From the NCBI RefSeq assembly GCF_009834535.1, contig NC_045696.1, positions 112,780,001 to 112,844,000 of the forward strand: DNA of 64,000 nt. Direction: 5' to 3'. Both the position numbers and the translations under genes were made by a program. Under the pieces are notes generated by a model. That model saw nothing but the letters and a program-made list of their open reading frames with translations, was not told where the DNA came from and ran no database searches. Source of the stretch: Camelus ferus. Its lineage: Eukaryota. Positions 11,263-24,675 of the stretch are shown piece after piece (within the stretch, counting starts at the first letter, position 1; the number at the start of each line of letters is the position of its first letter).

Positions 11263-13046
11263 AAGTAATGTTCTATTGCAGATAATCACCATTATAGGCA
11301 GATGTAGGCTAAACACAGGAGAGCCTCAAAAAATGGGGCAGTAGGCACAGAGATGCTAACACTTCATCCTTCCACTTGGCATGTGACTACAAATCAAGAT
11401 GGTGGGGGGCATCTGAAGACAGGACATAATTCAAACTGCTTCATTCAACTGTGTCAGACTTGAAACTGTTCAATCAAGAACATCGGTGTGATTTCTTCAC
11501 CAGAAAAATTGAATGTTGAAATATTATTTCTCATCTCTTATTTATTTAGTGTGGTTTAGGGTGAAAACAATCTACCAAAAAAAAAAAAAAAAAAAGCAGT
11601 GTTCATTGTTCAAAGAGTAGTGCTATGAACTGAATGTTTGTGTACTCCCCAAATTAGCTGCCTCCCTGATCCCCAGTGGAATGGTATTTGGAGGGAGGCC
11701 CTTTGGGAGGGGAGTAGGTTGAGGTGAGGTCATGAGGGTGGGGCCCCCATGATGGGATCAGCGTCTTTATAAGAAAAGAAGGAGACACCAGGCTTCTCTT
11801 TCTCTCTCTCAGCCATGTGAGGATACAGCAGGAAGGTGGCTGCCTGCAAACCAAGAAGAGAGTCCCCACTTGATACCAAATATGCCGGCACCTTGGTCTT
11901 GGACTTCCTGGCCTGCAGAACTCTGAGAAATAAATGTTTGCTGTTTTAAGTCACCCTGTCTGTGGCATTTTGTTACAGCAGCCTAAACAGACTAAGGCAA
12001 GCAGTACAACTTTTCAAGCGCTGTTACAGCAAAAAGCCATCAACAGGGTCTCCATTGTGTAGGATGAATCTAAACTACTCAGTTTACTTTCTCTCCTTCC
12101 CTGCTTCAGGTTTTCCTTGGTGGTGTTGACTGAAATGCACCGGCAGCCAGGTGGATGGGAACTCCCTGCTGACTTAAGAAAGATCTTTGACAGAAAATGT
12201 GATGTCTCTTATCAAATACAGGGATGGATTAAAATCGTTTCCTTTTTTTTTTTATTACTTGATTTCACTACTAAATCCCACTCGTCTGTGAAAGTTACTA
12301 ACTTCCGTTAAAAGTGAGATTTCAGAATGTCAGCTCCCGGTTACTAGACAATTCTTCCTGATTTATATCCCTTTGTGGCCTGAGCCTTCTAAGCAAAGGA
12401 CATGTTTGAACAGCAGACGGCCTTGGAAGCTAGAGATAATGTATTCTTCTGGGGTGATTTGGAGACATCCAAGGATAGGGAAGATTGACTGCTCCCCTTT
12501 CCTCTCTGGAGGGACTTGCTTCCATTCCAAGGTAGTGAGTAATCTTTCTGTCCAAAGGGGAAGACAGGCAGGTGTACTTGCAGCCCCGTAAAATCATCAC
12601 ATCTCCTAATTTCGGGTTCCTCTGCTGTGGAGATGAACACCTGACAAGTGTCACACTGTCTTGCAAGAATGAGGGCTCAGGGATGCTGCCTTGGCTACTG
12701 TTTCTGTTGAGTGTCTCTGGCCAAGTGTGTGGCATCTTCTGCGGTATAAACACATGAAACTGTGATGGGCTAACTTGTCAGTTTCCAATTGGGGTACCAT
12801 CTTAAATGCTTCACAGCTTCTGATTTACCACCCAATGTAAATAATTCTAAGAAAGTGATCAAAAACCATTCAGGCACATTCTCCCATGAACATGGCTCTA
12901 CCAAACACCCTTTTGTGCTATGCACTGCAGTGAAGTATATTGTTAATTTTAAAAGTGTCTTGTACCATGAGAAAAAAATAACATCAAAAATAACCAAAAG
13001 TTTATTCAAGATTTTTTATATGGAAACTGACCAGTTGAACTTTAGC
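11263..13046 (-). pseudogene. Very large exon remnant with at least two RGS-like units, interrupted by MLT1A
   Basis: GRAMFMGECA*MVFDHFL/GKSEAVKHLRW; LEKLYYSLNNEHC(F)nW; NYVLSSDAPHHLDL; PTAPFFEALLCLAYI; CTT|gtaagt donor; ORFs 12770-13009 and 12430-12753 lie within it. Confidence 0.65.
11621..11999 (+). mobile_element. MaLR solo LTR, MLT1A/MLT1A0-like
   Basis: tgctatgaactgaatgtttgtgt...cagactaaggca, TSD agtag/agcag. Confidence 0.9.
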
Positions 13047-13147
13047 CTAGCTATATTTAGACTTAGTTTAGGATTTCTTGGATGATACAGACTAATGATA
13101 CAATTCATCATTTCTAATAATAGTTTGACAAGATGGTGTCTCTTTAC

Positions 13148-13270
13148 CTGTTTCTTTTTGTTGGCAAGAATAAACATCCATGTTTCAAACTCCAAAAATT
13201 TGGCAAGTATTTATCTCAAACTATTTCAACCAGGGAATTATGCTCTGATTCAAATGATATTCTGAATCCC
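13148..13270 (-). pseudogene. Exon remnant GFRISFESEHNSLVEIV*DKYLPNFWSLKHGCLFLPTKRN
   Basis: ctattttag| and CAG|gtaaag; 123 nt, phase 2-2, fits both neighbours; single TGA. Confidence 0.6.
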
Positions 13271-13329
13271 CTAAAATAGGTTTGCCCTTTATGGATGATG
13301 GTGGCTATTGCTCACAGCCACTGTACCAC

Positions 13330-13835
13330 TTTTATGTTGAGGGAGTGGGTGGAGATGCTTTGATCGCTGGGAAGGGAAGCCTCTCTCAACCCTCAGGGAT
13401 AAAACCAATTAAGGTAATTCCTATTTGCCAATGATGGATCCAGGATTGACGAATGGCCCACTTTTGGCTAAAGAGATGTAAGGAAAAGTCTGCTGGGGAG
13501 ACACATCTCATTCCAAACCAAATAAAAAGACTAAGGCTTCTCAGGAGAAGGCCTTTCGCCCTTTTGATCTTTCTTTGGAATGTGGATTGATGCCTTGGTT
13601 TGTCACAGCCTTGGGGGAACAGCATGAGAGGAAGAACCACTACGTTCAGGGTGACAGAGCAGATGGCCAGGAGGAGCCGAGTTCTGGACAGCAGTGTTGA
13701 AAAGCCACAGCAACTCCAGGAACCCTTACCTACAAGCTTCTCCCTGTGTGAATAAAATAAACTCTTCTTTATTAAAGCCACTCCCAAATCAGATTTTTTT
13801 TTGTTCTTAGCAGCTGAGCACATTCATGAGTAACA
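13330..13835 (+). mobile_element. Old MaLR LTR (MLT1J/I-like)
   Basis: ttttggctaaagagatgtaagg...taaagccact...gcagctgagcacatt. Confidence 0.65.
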
Positions 13836-13998
13836 CGCAGAGAGGGCTCATGGAGGAGAGCTGTTGGTAAGAAAAATAATCTAGCAATTGATTTACTTAC
13901 TACCTGGGCATTTTAATTTGAAGGTATTTATATCAGTTTTAAATAGTTTGTAATACTGATTTTTTAAATCAAAGTCTGACCCAAAGACACTCATTTAC

Positions 13999-14200
13999 CC
14001 ATTCTCTGGTTGCAGAATTAGTATTAATGAATCTAAAATTTGACTTTTCAACCATATGGGTACACTTTACTAACAAGATTCTTATCCCAATCTTCCTTCA
14101 GTTTCAGGAATATCATTGCTGCTGCTAGATATTTTTCTTTTTATAATGGTATTTGAAATAGAGATATATAAATTGACCTGTTCTTTCTAAATAATGCGTT
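13999..14200 (-). pseudogene. Exon remnant, frameshifted (THYLERTGQF/YISISNTIIK...VPIWLKSQILDSLILIL)
   Basis: tgtttcttttag| and TGG|gtaaat; phase-2 end fits exon 13148-13270. Confidence 0.55.
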
Positions 14201-14599
14201 CTAAAAGAAACATTAACAGATTTTTTTTTTAACTAGCAGTTTTACCAAGGGCAGTGAGGGCAAGCATCTGACTAATCTTCCAATATGTTTTCTCCTCTAA
14301 GCAAGACATGGCCTCAATTTTTTTCTGAAAGAAAATTATCATTAATTGATTGTTTGAATAATAAAAGGAGTTTATTACATCTTTTGCTGTAACAGTTGCA
14401 AATAATTAACTGAAGATGCAAATAATTTCACTTGACTCCCTGATTATTGTAGATTTGCATGCACATGTATTCATACACATACGTGTATGCATGTGATTTT
14501 CATATACAAATGAATATTATACACATGCATTTTCAAGCTTCTGAATGGCTCAGAGGAAAGGAAGATAAAAGGGAAAAAAAGTCTTTCAGTCAAAATTTA

Positions 14600-15390
14600 G
14601 AAACTGGCAATCAAAGTATGGAACTGACCAGTGAACAAGGATGTATCAGTGTAAATTTCAAATAGAAGTAGTGAAGAGAATCTTGAGCTGTTTTATAATT
14701 CAACTGATGAAAGAAAGAAAAGGTGAGACATATAAACACATTGGGAAAAGACTTAAGCTCCTTGCTGTTTGACAGGAGATATTAACATTAAAGATGAAAA
14801 CATAAAACTCACAATATGTCAGTGCTATAAGGACAAAGCTGACAAATTACTGAATGATTATCATCAACTCAAAAAATGTTTAAGATTGGTCACTGCATAA
14901 GGAAATGTAAAGTGTCTTGAAAACTTCCACCTCACAAGTGAAGAAACAGTAGAAGTTTTGCCATACTACGCAATAATCTTAAAAATTTCCATGTTAGCAA
15001 TAACAAATTACAAAACAGACACTTTCTAAAACACTGATTTTGATAACTCTGTTTTTGATCAAACATATTAGAAAAGACTAAATTATCTTTTTACCCTCTC
15101 AATAGAACTGATGTGACAAAACTTTTGTCATAGAAAGAGATGATCAAGAAATTTGCAGCCAAAAATGTAGGAAAACACTGTTTAAAGTGGAGTTAAGCAA
15201 TTATTTAGTAGAACCTATTATGTTTTTCTGATCTTTGTGATATTTGTCAGATTTTCAAAGTTCAATTTTTTAATGATTTCCTATTCTAAGTAAATGTTTT
15301 CAATATTTAAACTTATATTCATAATCTTGTATTCTTTTGTTAAGGAGGCTTCCTTCTGTATCCTGCTGAAGTTTGGGGCTCCCACAGTTT
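14600..15390 (+). mobile_element. hAT DNA transposon internal remnant (Zaphod/Tip100-like)
   Basis: Decayed dimerisation-domain frame RLNYLFTLSIE...EMIKKFAAKN near 15075-15170. Confidence 0.6.
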
Positions 15391-15606
15391 TGAGTTCATA
15401 CCTGGCCGGCTTGTTATGAGTCCTCAGGGGAGAATTCTCTGTGCACATAGGGCCCCGAGGAGACAGGCAAGCATCCGCGCTGTCTCCTTCTGTGTTGCAG
15501 GTTTACTTCTCACTGAGATGAGCCCTTTGAGATCCCTGCTTACGCTTCAGTCTCCTGTGTCCTCATCAAACACGTGGGCCCCAAGGTCACCAGCCGACCT
15601 GGGTAC

Positions 15607-15796
15607 CTAAAGTCTACCCCCAGATTTCCCCAATTTTTGTTTTTGCTTTTTGGTGTCTCTGGATTCCTTTCCTTCTTGTCAGTTCCACAAGGCATTTCGA
15701 AAGTTTTTAAACTCATTTCCCTCCAGCATTTTACTTGCTTTTGGCAAAAGAACTTCTAAGATATCTAATCCAATATCCTTCCGGAAATGAAAATGC
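15607..15796 (-). pseudogene. Exon remnant HFHFRKDIGLDILEVLLPKASKMLEGNEFKNFRNALWN*
   Basis: atttacag| and TAG|gtaccc; resembles RGS C-terminal helices (..[LM]E...F..F). Confidence 0.55.
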
Positions 15797-16815
15797 CTGT
15801 AAATCTAATGTTCAATATTTAATAAAATATTTACCTGTGTTTTACCTGTATCGGCAGGAATATTTTCTTGATCATCACAATCTCTTTCTCTATATGGCTT
15901 TTATAATTACAGTGTGCACTGTGTGTTCTCCTTCATTTAAGACGATATTTAGCATCATTTGTCATTTACCTCCTGACTTTCCCATGATAGTGATCGTCAG
16001 CCCATTGTAATCTGCCCAAGTTAGGGTTTTCTGTCATTTCTCAGCTGGCAGCAACCCTCTAGAGTTAAATGGGTCAGGTCTTCGATCTAATTTGAGATAT
16101 GAGTCACTACAAATATTAAAGATGACAAATGATAACACTCACATGCATATTGAAGAAGACGTGGGGAGGCTGATCTGCTGAAAAGAGACCCAGGCAGGGA
16201 GGCTGCTGTCTCTCTAGCCCCAGCCTTCACTTGGGGCTGTGGCAGAGGTTGCTGCAGTGATTACAGCATTGAGGATTACACACACACGTACTCACGCACA
16301 CACACGCACAGGCATACACACCCACACACACAGAAGCACAAACAGAATATGAAGGCAGATGAAATGAGTGACCCAGATCCAAGGAAGGAATCAGATTCCC
16401 TTTCCTTTCCTCTTGAAGGTGGGCTGCAGAAAGAATAGAGTCCCCTTACTATTTTATAGGTTGGGACAGGTGTTTAGGTTGTGTTTAGCATCCAAATCAA
16501 AGAAGGAAACATTTTTCCTGGAGAGATTGCTTCAGTTGTCAGAGAAATCAGTTTGTACTTCCTCATTTTATTTTAATAGCATTTGCCTCATTAAAAGCAT
16601 CACCTCTTGCTTTTCTTTCATGCCCAAAAGGATTGTAAACATCTGGTGGTCAGTTTTTATCCACTCTTTTGCCTTACTTTTCTTTGAGTTCATAAATTGT
16701 GAAGAATAAGTGTAACAGACTATTTCTGGAATTTGTGTACAGTTTTTTTTTTTTTTTTTTTTTTTTAATCCTTAGAGAAGGCACTTCTACTGATTTAATT
16801 CCAGGCAAAATTCAC

Positions 16816-17082
16816 CATGAGGTCTGAATTCTGGGAGCAGGTGATACTGAATGTTTTCACCAGGGCTGACGTTGCCATCACCCCAGTTGCCTTCATGAAG
16901 AATGCATTTTTCATTAAGTCTTTTTCCACATGTCATAGTCCAGAGGTGCCCAAGAGCAGTGCTTCAAAGCCTATGGAAAGGAAAGTCTTTCTATTACAGC
17001 CACTGCCAGTCACGGCACTGTTACCTCTCCAAATGGCTGATGGATCATTGGTCCTACAAACTGTGAACATTTGTTTTGTATT
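16816..17082 (-). pseudogene. Candidate exon remnant (ENIQYHLLPEF)
   Basis: ATG|gtgaat donor, weak acceptor. Confidence 0.3.
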
Positions 17083-17999
17083 CTAGAGTCTGTGAATACA
17101 GAGATGAGAGGGCATTATTCCTGTCCTACAAGAGTTTATAGTCTAGTTCTAATAGCTTTTATTATTGAGGGTCTGTCATGGTCTGGCAGCTAGCAAGTTA
17201 GTGCTTAAACCTCACTGTAACTCTATAAAATAAATATCATAACTTAAGATTCAAACCCAGTTTTGTCTGATTGCACACTGATACTAATGCACACATTTAC
17301 CTCTTCCTCTTAATGAAATGTTATTGTTGATACGACATGTTATAAAATTGTTACAATTTTACTTCTTGATGCCAGGATAATGTCTCTTGATCATTGATCA
17401 TCTTTCTTACTTTTGTTTCAAATTTAATTTCCTAATCTGAATTATCTCTCAATTTTTAAGGAAATGAATTTAAAGATGACAAAATATAACTAAGTAGAAG
17501 CTCATAGCTAATAACCTATTTTACTACAGCATTCCAAAATGTCTTCCCAAACTGCTGTGCAAATGCTGCATTCCCAGCTCAGTTCCTACTCAGATTCCAA
17601 AAATGCCTGATGCTACGATCACCACCCAGAATAGGGGGAAGTGTAATGGAGCAGGTGGTGGGATGCAATGCGACAGTGGTTCACAGTGACTTCAGTTCGA
17701 GTATCACACTCTGACAACACTGCTAGAACACAGGCCCAGCGAACACACTGCTAGGCCTTGGAAGAGTCCCGTACAAGGGAGGAGCACCACAAGTGCCTGC
17801 AGCTAAACTTTGTATTTTCCTGGGAAACCTGCTTTTCAAGCCAACCTTTTAACCAGAAGGAGATTATAGACAGAATGTTGAAGCAGCACCATTGAAGAGA
17901 TGATGGCTGAGAACTTTCCAGATTTGTTGGTAGGCAAAAATCCTCATACTTAGAAAGTCCAGTAAACCCCAGACAGGGTAAATGAAAAGAAACAGGTAC

Positions 18000-18183
18000 C
18001 CGACTATATATAAAATAGATAAACAAGTTTATATTGTATAGCACCGGGTACTAGACTCATTACCTTGTAGTAACCTATAATGAAGAAGAATATGAAAACA
18101 AATGTATGTATAACTGAACTATTATGCCATACACAAGATATTGACACAACATTGTAAACTGATTATACTTCAATAAAAAAAAT
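18000..18183 (+). mobile_element. Young L1 3' end nested in old L1
   Basis: TSD aaacaggtac/aaacatgtac, acattgtaaactgattatacttcaataaaaaa. Confidence 0.85.
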
Positions 18184-20793
18184 AAACATGTACATAGACA
18201 CAGTATAGGAAAGCTGCAGAACAGCAAAGAAAAAAGTTTGTAAGTCAGAGAAAGAAGATAGGTTACCTAAGAAAAGAGCCGTAAGTGCACTTACGGCTAA
18301 GTTCTCAATAACAAAAATAAAAACCAGGGGAAAAAAAGTGGAATTATACCTTCAGAAACTTGAGAAAAGTAACTATCAACCCATAATTAAATACTCAGCA
18401 AAATTACCTTTCAAAAATGATGTTCATTTTTATTTCACTTAAAAACACTTTTTAGATAAACAAACACTGTAAGTTCACCATGTATGGCAGTAGACCCTCA
18501 TAAAAGTAAAATATCTAAAGTATGCAGTTCAGGCATAAAGAAAATTATTATTGCAATTATTCAAAAATGCAAGAAGGAATAGTAGAAAAATGTATGAGAA
18601 AATATGTGGGTAAATTTAAACAAATATTGATGTATGAAATAATAATTAAAATAACAATAATGACTATTTGCGGGGTTAAAAAAACCATGATTAAACTGAA
18701 ATTGTGTGAAACAATAGGGATTAATTTGGTGGATGGTGTTTAAAATGTTCTAAGGTTCCTATTTACATTTTTCAGCAGCAGGCAAAAATATTAATAATTG
18801 ACTTAGTTAGGCTAAAATATAGGGTAAACACTGAAAAAAGGATATAGAACACATTTTTCCAAAATAATGAGGGGAAAATGAACTAAAACAAACAAACAAA
18901 AATAAACACATTCAAAAAGGGGGGAAAAAGACAGAATAAGCCAAACAAACAGAAAGCACAAATAAGACGGTAGTAATAGATGCCAACATGAATATTCACA
19001 CTCAATGTACATTGATCAGGCACTCAGTTAAATGATAAATATCATTACACTGGATTAAAACACCAAATCCAGCTATTTGTTGTTGGAAACATATGCAATA
19101 TATAAGGCCACAGAAAAATTCAAAGTACAAGGATGGAAAAGTTACAAGGCAAATAATGACAAATACCAATAAAGTAGTTAAGAAAAATGATATAAATTTA
19201 GTTCTTTTGAAAGACTGAAAAATGTTCTAAAGTTGTATTCATTTAATATGCTTGCCCCAAGATATTTTTTAGTTGACAATGATAATAGTTACTAACTCTT
19301 CAAAACTGATGAAAGACACCAATATACAGACTCCATAATACCAACAGATCACAAGCAGGATAAATTGAAAGAAAAAATCCACACTCAGACACATCATATC
19401 AAAACTCCAGGAAGTTCAAATTTAAAGAAAAAAGTCATAAAAAAAGTCTGAAACAAAAGAAAACAGAAAGGAAAGAAAAGGAGAAAACAGAAGGTGAAAA
19501 AAAATTACAAAAATTAAAATACAAAATAGAAGAAAGAAGAAAATATAATTGCAAACTGAAGGTAGGAGATATAGGGAAGTATGAAGAACAAACAAAATGG
19601 TGACCATATCACTAAAACTATATAAAATGTGACCATATAAACTGAAATAAAAATGGTCCTTGTGTAAAATAAACTATAGAAAGAATTAAAATACACAAAA
19701 ACAATAACATTAAAATCAGGAGGAAGGAAAATGAAATTAAAGAATGCCAAGGTATTTTTATTGTCTGAAGCAAAGCATAAGAACAAATTAACATTAAGTA
19801 TTGATTAGTAAATGATGCAATATTTTTTTTTTAGTAACTACTGAAAGAAAGAGTAAGAAAATGTTTAACTTCCAAACTGATAAGGTAAAAAAATATAAAA
19901 AAATAAAAATTACCAATCCAAAAGAAGGTGGTAAAGGCAAAATAAATTTTTAAAAAAATTGAACAGAAAACAGATAGTAAAATGGTAGATATAAACCGAA
20001 ATGCTTCACTGATTACAATATATGGGATACAGACAAAGCTTGTCACACTAGATTTGTTTATCCATACTAGACATGTATACATACACATTATTTATGAGAC
20101 ACCTAAAATGTAAGGATTCACAAGGGTTAAAAGTAGTGAAAAGTGAAAGCAGATATATAGTGTAAACAATTAACCAAAAGAAAGGATGTATAGCTTGTTT
20201 AACATGAGACAAAAAAAAAATTATTCAGGATCAAGAGATCATTATTTATGGTTCCTTCATAAGGATTATTTACTAGAAAAGGATGACAATCCTGTATTTT
20301 TACACACCTAAACTCAACTTCAAAATACATAAAGCACAATCTGTGAGAAATACAATGATAATGTAAATAACTACACAATCAGAGTGGAAGATTTTAAAAC
20401 AGTTTTCTGAAAACTTTTCAAACACGCACCCCAAATATCAATAATTTAATCATAAACCAAATTAATAAACAGAGCATCTCACCCAACAGCTGCAGAAACA
20501 TTTTCTTTTCAAAGATGAAATGAACATTTACCCAGTTAATCATTCGCTGGGCTACAAATCATGTCTCAAGCAATTTCAAAGGGCTGAAAACATACAGAGG
20601 ATGTTTTCTGATCACAGTTCATTTAAGTTGGAAATTCAAAGCTTCAGTCAGTTAAAAAAGAGGAGAAAATTCCCATATGGTAATAAATTAAAGCTTTAAG
20701 TGTATAAATCACACATGGTTAAAGAAGCAATTTAAATGAAAATTGGAAAGTATTTTTAACTGAATTATTCAAACCTTACAGAATGCTCTGAAG

Positions 20794-20998
20794 CAGGTTT
20801 TCTCAACCTCAGCACAGCTGACATTTAGAGGTGGATAATTCCTTGCAGTGGGGGCCACCCTCTGTATTGTGGGATGTTTAGCAGCATTCTTGGCTTCTAT
20901 CCACTAAAGGCCAGTATCTCTTTCTCCCCCAGATGTCTGCAGATATAGACAAATGTCCCTTGGGGTAGGGCAAAATTGCCCCTGGTTGAAAACTACTG
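20794..20998 (-). mobile_element. MER20
   Basis: caggttttctcaacct...ggcaaaattgcccctggttgaaaactactg. Confidence 0.85.
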
Positions 20999-22749
20999 TT
21001 TCAAGAGATACCTAGAGGAAAAGAGAGGTGGAGGTGGGGAAGGTTGAAAATCAGGAGCTCAGCATACATCCGTTCATCTACTTCAGAAAGTCTGAGGAAG
21101 GATAGCGTTAACACAAGAGGATGGAGGGCAAAGGAAACAGTCACTATACAAGCACAGAGCAACAAAATAGAAAACAAACACAGAATAAAGGCAATCAACA
21201 AAGCCCACATTTTCTTCTTGAGAAGATTAACGACATTTCTATCCCTGAGGCAAGACCAATCAAGAACAGGAGAAAAACACAAATAACCAACAGCAGTAAT
21301 GACAAATAATCACAGATCCTGCAAACATCAACAAGATAATGTTAATAACAAGCCTTCTGCTAATAAATTGAAATAGTATATGAATTTTAAAATGCCTAGA
21401 AAATTATATTTTATCAAGAATTCAAAAGATGAAATTCAAAACTTGATAAATTTTATAACCATTAAATTGAATATAAATAAATACCACCCCCCCACACACG
21501 ACAGCAAAAACAAAACAAACAAAAACCACTCTAGGCCCCTAATAGCCACCCTAGAAAATGTTATCTAACATTAAAGGAAGAAATAATATCCAGCTCAGAA
21601 AATGGAAAGAGAGGGAAGGATATCCACCCATTCATTCCATGATGTAGCGAAATCTTGATACCCCAAACCGATACAGAATGAGAAAGGAAAATCCCTGGCC
21701 AATCTCATCCACGACCATAAATGCAAACCCTTCAGACTCAATATTAGCCAGCAGAACCCAGCACTATACAAAAGCATAAAATACCTTGAGCAAGTTGAGC
21801 TTACTACAGATCCACAAAATTATTTCAATGTCAGAATATCAACATGTAACTTGACACATTAACAGATAAAAAAGGAGAAATATACATGATGATTTCAACA
21901 GATACCAAAAAAGTATTTGATGAACTATAACATCCATTCATGGCAAATGTGTTTAGTAATCTAGTAATATAATAAAAACTCTGCAATATGATAAAAGGAA
22001 GCTATTCCTCCTCCCCAAAACCCTACAGCTAACATCAAAAGTTAAAATGTTGAAAGGTTTTTCTCTGAAACAGGAAGCATAGCAAGACAGACTCCTTATC
22101 AGCATTGCACTGAGGGCCTAACTAAATTAAGAGGCAATAAAATCAAAAAGAAAGATTAAAGAATTGGGAAAAAAAATAAAACTCTCTTTGCTGGTAATGT
22201 AATCAACGCATAGATTATCAAAGGATGCACAGACAAGTTATTACATTAGTAAATGAGTTTCGCCAACCTGCTGATACCACATCAATGTATAAATACCAAC
22301 TATATGCACATGGTTGAATATACAAACCAAATTTTAAAAAGATATCCCCAATAGCTCTAAAGTGAAGTATTTTAACCTATTTACATGGGTAATTTTGATA
22401 AAAATTAAAAAGAACAAATCAACCAAATTCTCACTCTAAGAAGATGCTGAAAATATTGTTGCTGTCATCATATAAGTTTCTTTTTAACAAAAGAAGAAAA
22501 CTATCAAATATGGACTGCTTATCCCCAGAAGCTCTGCTAAGTAATTTGTTTCACTTACTTTTCAAAACTACAAAGTAGTAGAAGCGTTTTCCTCCCGTGC
22601 AGGCTAGGAGATGTGCCGACAGTGTGGGAACCTTGGCTGGAACTCAAGTCCTCCTGACTTCAAAGCCCAAACTCTTTACACGGTTTATTTTCTCCTTCTA
22701 ATCTGTCTAAGAATGGACAGTGCTCATTTATGTAAACATTGATATTCAC

Positions 22750-23092
22750 CCAGAATATCCTTTGGACATTTTAATATGATTTTTGCAAAATACCAAGATA
22801 CTTTCACCATAATGCTTTCAATCTAAATTAGCACCATATTTAAAGAACATGACAATACAACAGCCAGGAGATAAAAATGTATTCTGGTCTTTGTCGACAG
22901 CTAACCAGTATTCTCCCCCAAGTAATTATGAGAAGCCTTTGTAGTTTTGTCTTTATTATGGAGTTATTTAATTAAACCTTTTCCAAAATGTACTTGTAAT
23001 GTTCTGCATATTGATCTCTTGGAAGGTGAGGATGGATAAAAAACTAAGTATTAATGCCAGCAAGTCATCAGTGTCCTGTCCTTTCTACAGAC
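22750..23092 (-). pseudogene. Exon remnant (LLGGEYWLAVDKDQNTFLSPG)
   Basis: atctgtag| and TGG|gtgaat; RGS-like [FY]WLAV[ED] motif. Confidence 0.5.
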
Positions 23093-23147
23093 CTACAGAT
23101 TTATTAATCAATTTCACGAGTGATCTACTATATCCATGTATAAAGTT

Positions 23148-23260
23148 CTCATTCAATCATTCATTCATTTAACAAATATTTGTTGACGTGCTGGTCATGA
23201 AACTGTGCTCTGGGGAGAGAACTGTGAACAAAGTGACCAGATTTCTGCCCTCAAACCAGT
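23148..23260 (-). mobile_element. L2 3' end
   Basis: cattcattcatttaacaaatatttgttga...ctgccctc. Confidence 0.7.
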
Positions 23261-23289
23261 GAGGTCTTGTGTACATGCAAGAAAGGCTA

Positions 23290-23550
23290 CCAAATCCAAG
23301 TGTGGCAGTATTTCCAAAGCCACAGAGGACAGTCCCCACACTGCTTTCTGGGCACATAAACCACCTGTCTCTCAGCAATAAGCCAACTGGCCAGCTGATG
23401 ATGCTACAGTCTGTTTTGCTTTTAGGTTGGAGTAAAAATTCATCATTAGAAAGAAGGAATAATGGCTCTACCAACTGATCCTTTGATTAATAAGAATTCA
23501 ATGTAAAGTAACAAAAAGCGGTGTCCCCTAAGAAGTCTTACAATGACCAC
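23290..23550 (-). pseudogene. Exon remnant (SL*DFLGDTAFCYF/IEFLLIKG/EPLFLL)
   Basis: Resembles RGS SL..[IL]L.D....F.EFL; overlaps ORF 23169-23474; boundaries uncertain. Confidence 0.45.
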
Positions 23551-23659
23551 TGTTCTAGAGGTCAGACTTCTACCTGGATCCTGCTTAAGTCACATAAGGA
23601 AACCAGTAGAACCGTAAGATGGAGCTCATGTTTCCATTTCAGTCATTTTGTGTTGAATA

Positions 23660-23990
23660 ACAAGATAAAGTTAATAAAAAGTAGGTTTGAATTGTAAGCA
23701 AATACCGAGTTCTAGTTAATGAAATGCATGCTGAAATATTTAGAGAGAAGTGCACTGAGGCACTGCAACTTACTTTGAAATACATCAAAAAATATGATAT
23801 ATTGATGGGTGGGTAGAGGCATGGATAGATGGATGGATATGTATAAGGCGAGTGTATTAAAGTATTAATTGTGGAATCTAGATGGTCAATATGTTCAGTG
23901 TATAATTTTTTAAACTCCTCTGCATGTTTAAAAAGGTTTATTAAAAATGTTAGGAAAATGTAAATGACCAAACTGTTAACCAAAAAACAA
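23660..23990 (+). mobile_element. L1ME-like 3' end
   Basis: gaaatgcatgctgaaatatttag...ctgcaacttactttgaaat. Confidence 0.65.
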
Positions 23991-24049
23991 ATAAATGCAT
24001 ATTTTAAAGCATGTATTACTACTTTCCTGAAATTAATATTTATTCTATT

Positions 24050-24437
24050 TAAAAATTTCTAAAAATTTTTACACAATTTTGAAAGATTACTTTCAATATA
24101 CAGTTATTACAAAATATTGGCTATATTCCCTCATGCTGTACAGTACATCCCTGAGCCTGTCTTACACCCAATAGTTTGTACCTCCCACTCCCCCACCCCT
24201 ATGTTGGCCCTTGCTCCCACTGGTAACCACTAGTTTGTTCTCTGTATCTGCAAGTCTGCTTCTTTTATGTTATATTCACTAGTTTGTTGTATTTTTTAGA
24301 TTCCACATGTAAGTGATGTCATACAGTATGTATCTTTCTCTGTCTGACTTGCTTCACCTAGCATAATGCCCTCCAAAGTCCATCCATGTTGCTGTAACTG
24401 GCAAAATTTTGTTCTTTTTATGGTTGAGTAGTATTCC

Positions 24438-24487
<50 letters not shown>

Positions 24488-24675
24488 CACAGCATCTTCT
24501 TTATTCATTCATCTGTTGATGGACATTTAGGTTGCTTGCATATCTTGGCAATTGTAAATAATGCTGCTATGAACACTGGGGTGCATGTATCTTTTCGAAT
24601 TAGTGTTTTTGCTTTTTTCAGCTATATATCCAGAAGTGGAATTGCTGGGTCATGTGATAGTTCTATTTTTAGGTT
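24050..24675 (-). mobile_element. L1 3' end containing a (TG)n microsatellite
   Basis: ORF2 C-terminal remnant MEYYSTIKR...; (TG)n at 24440-24484. Confidence 0.9.

Larger units (their letters stand above)
17850..22400 (+). mobile_element. Old fragmented L1 (ORF1/ORF2 remnants)
   Basis: A-rich plus strand with decayed L1 endonuclease and RT region motifs. Confidence 0.8.
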
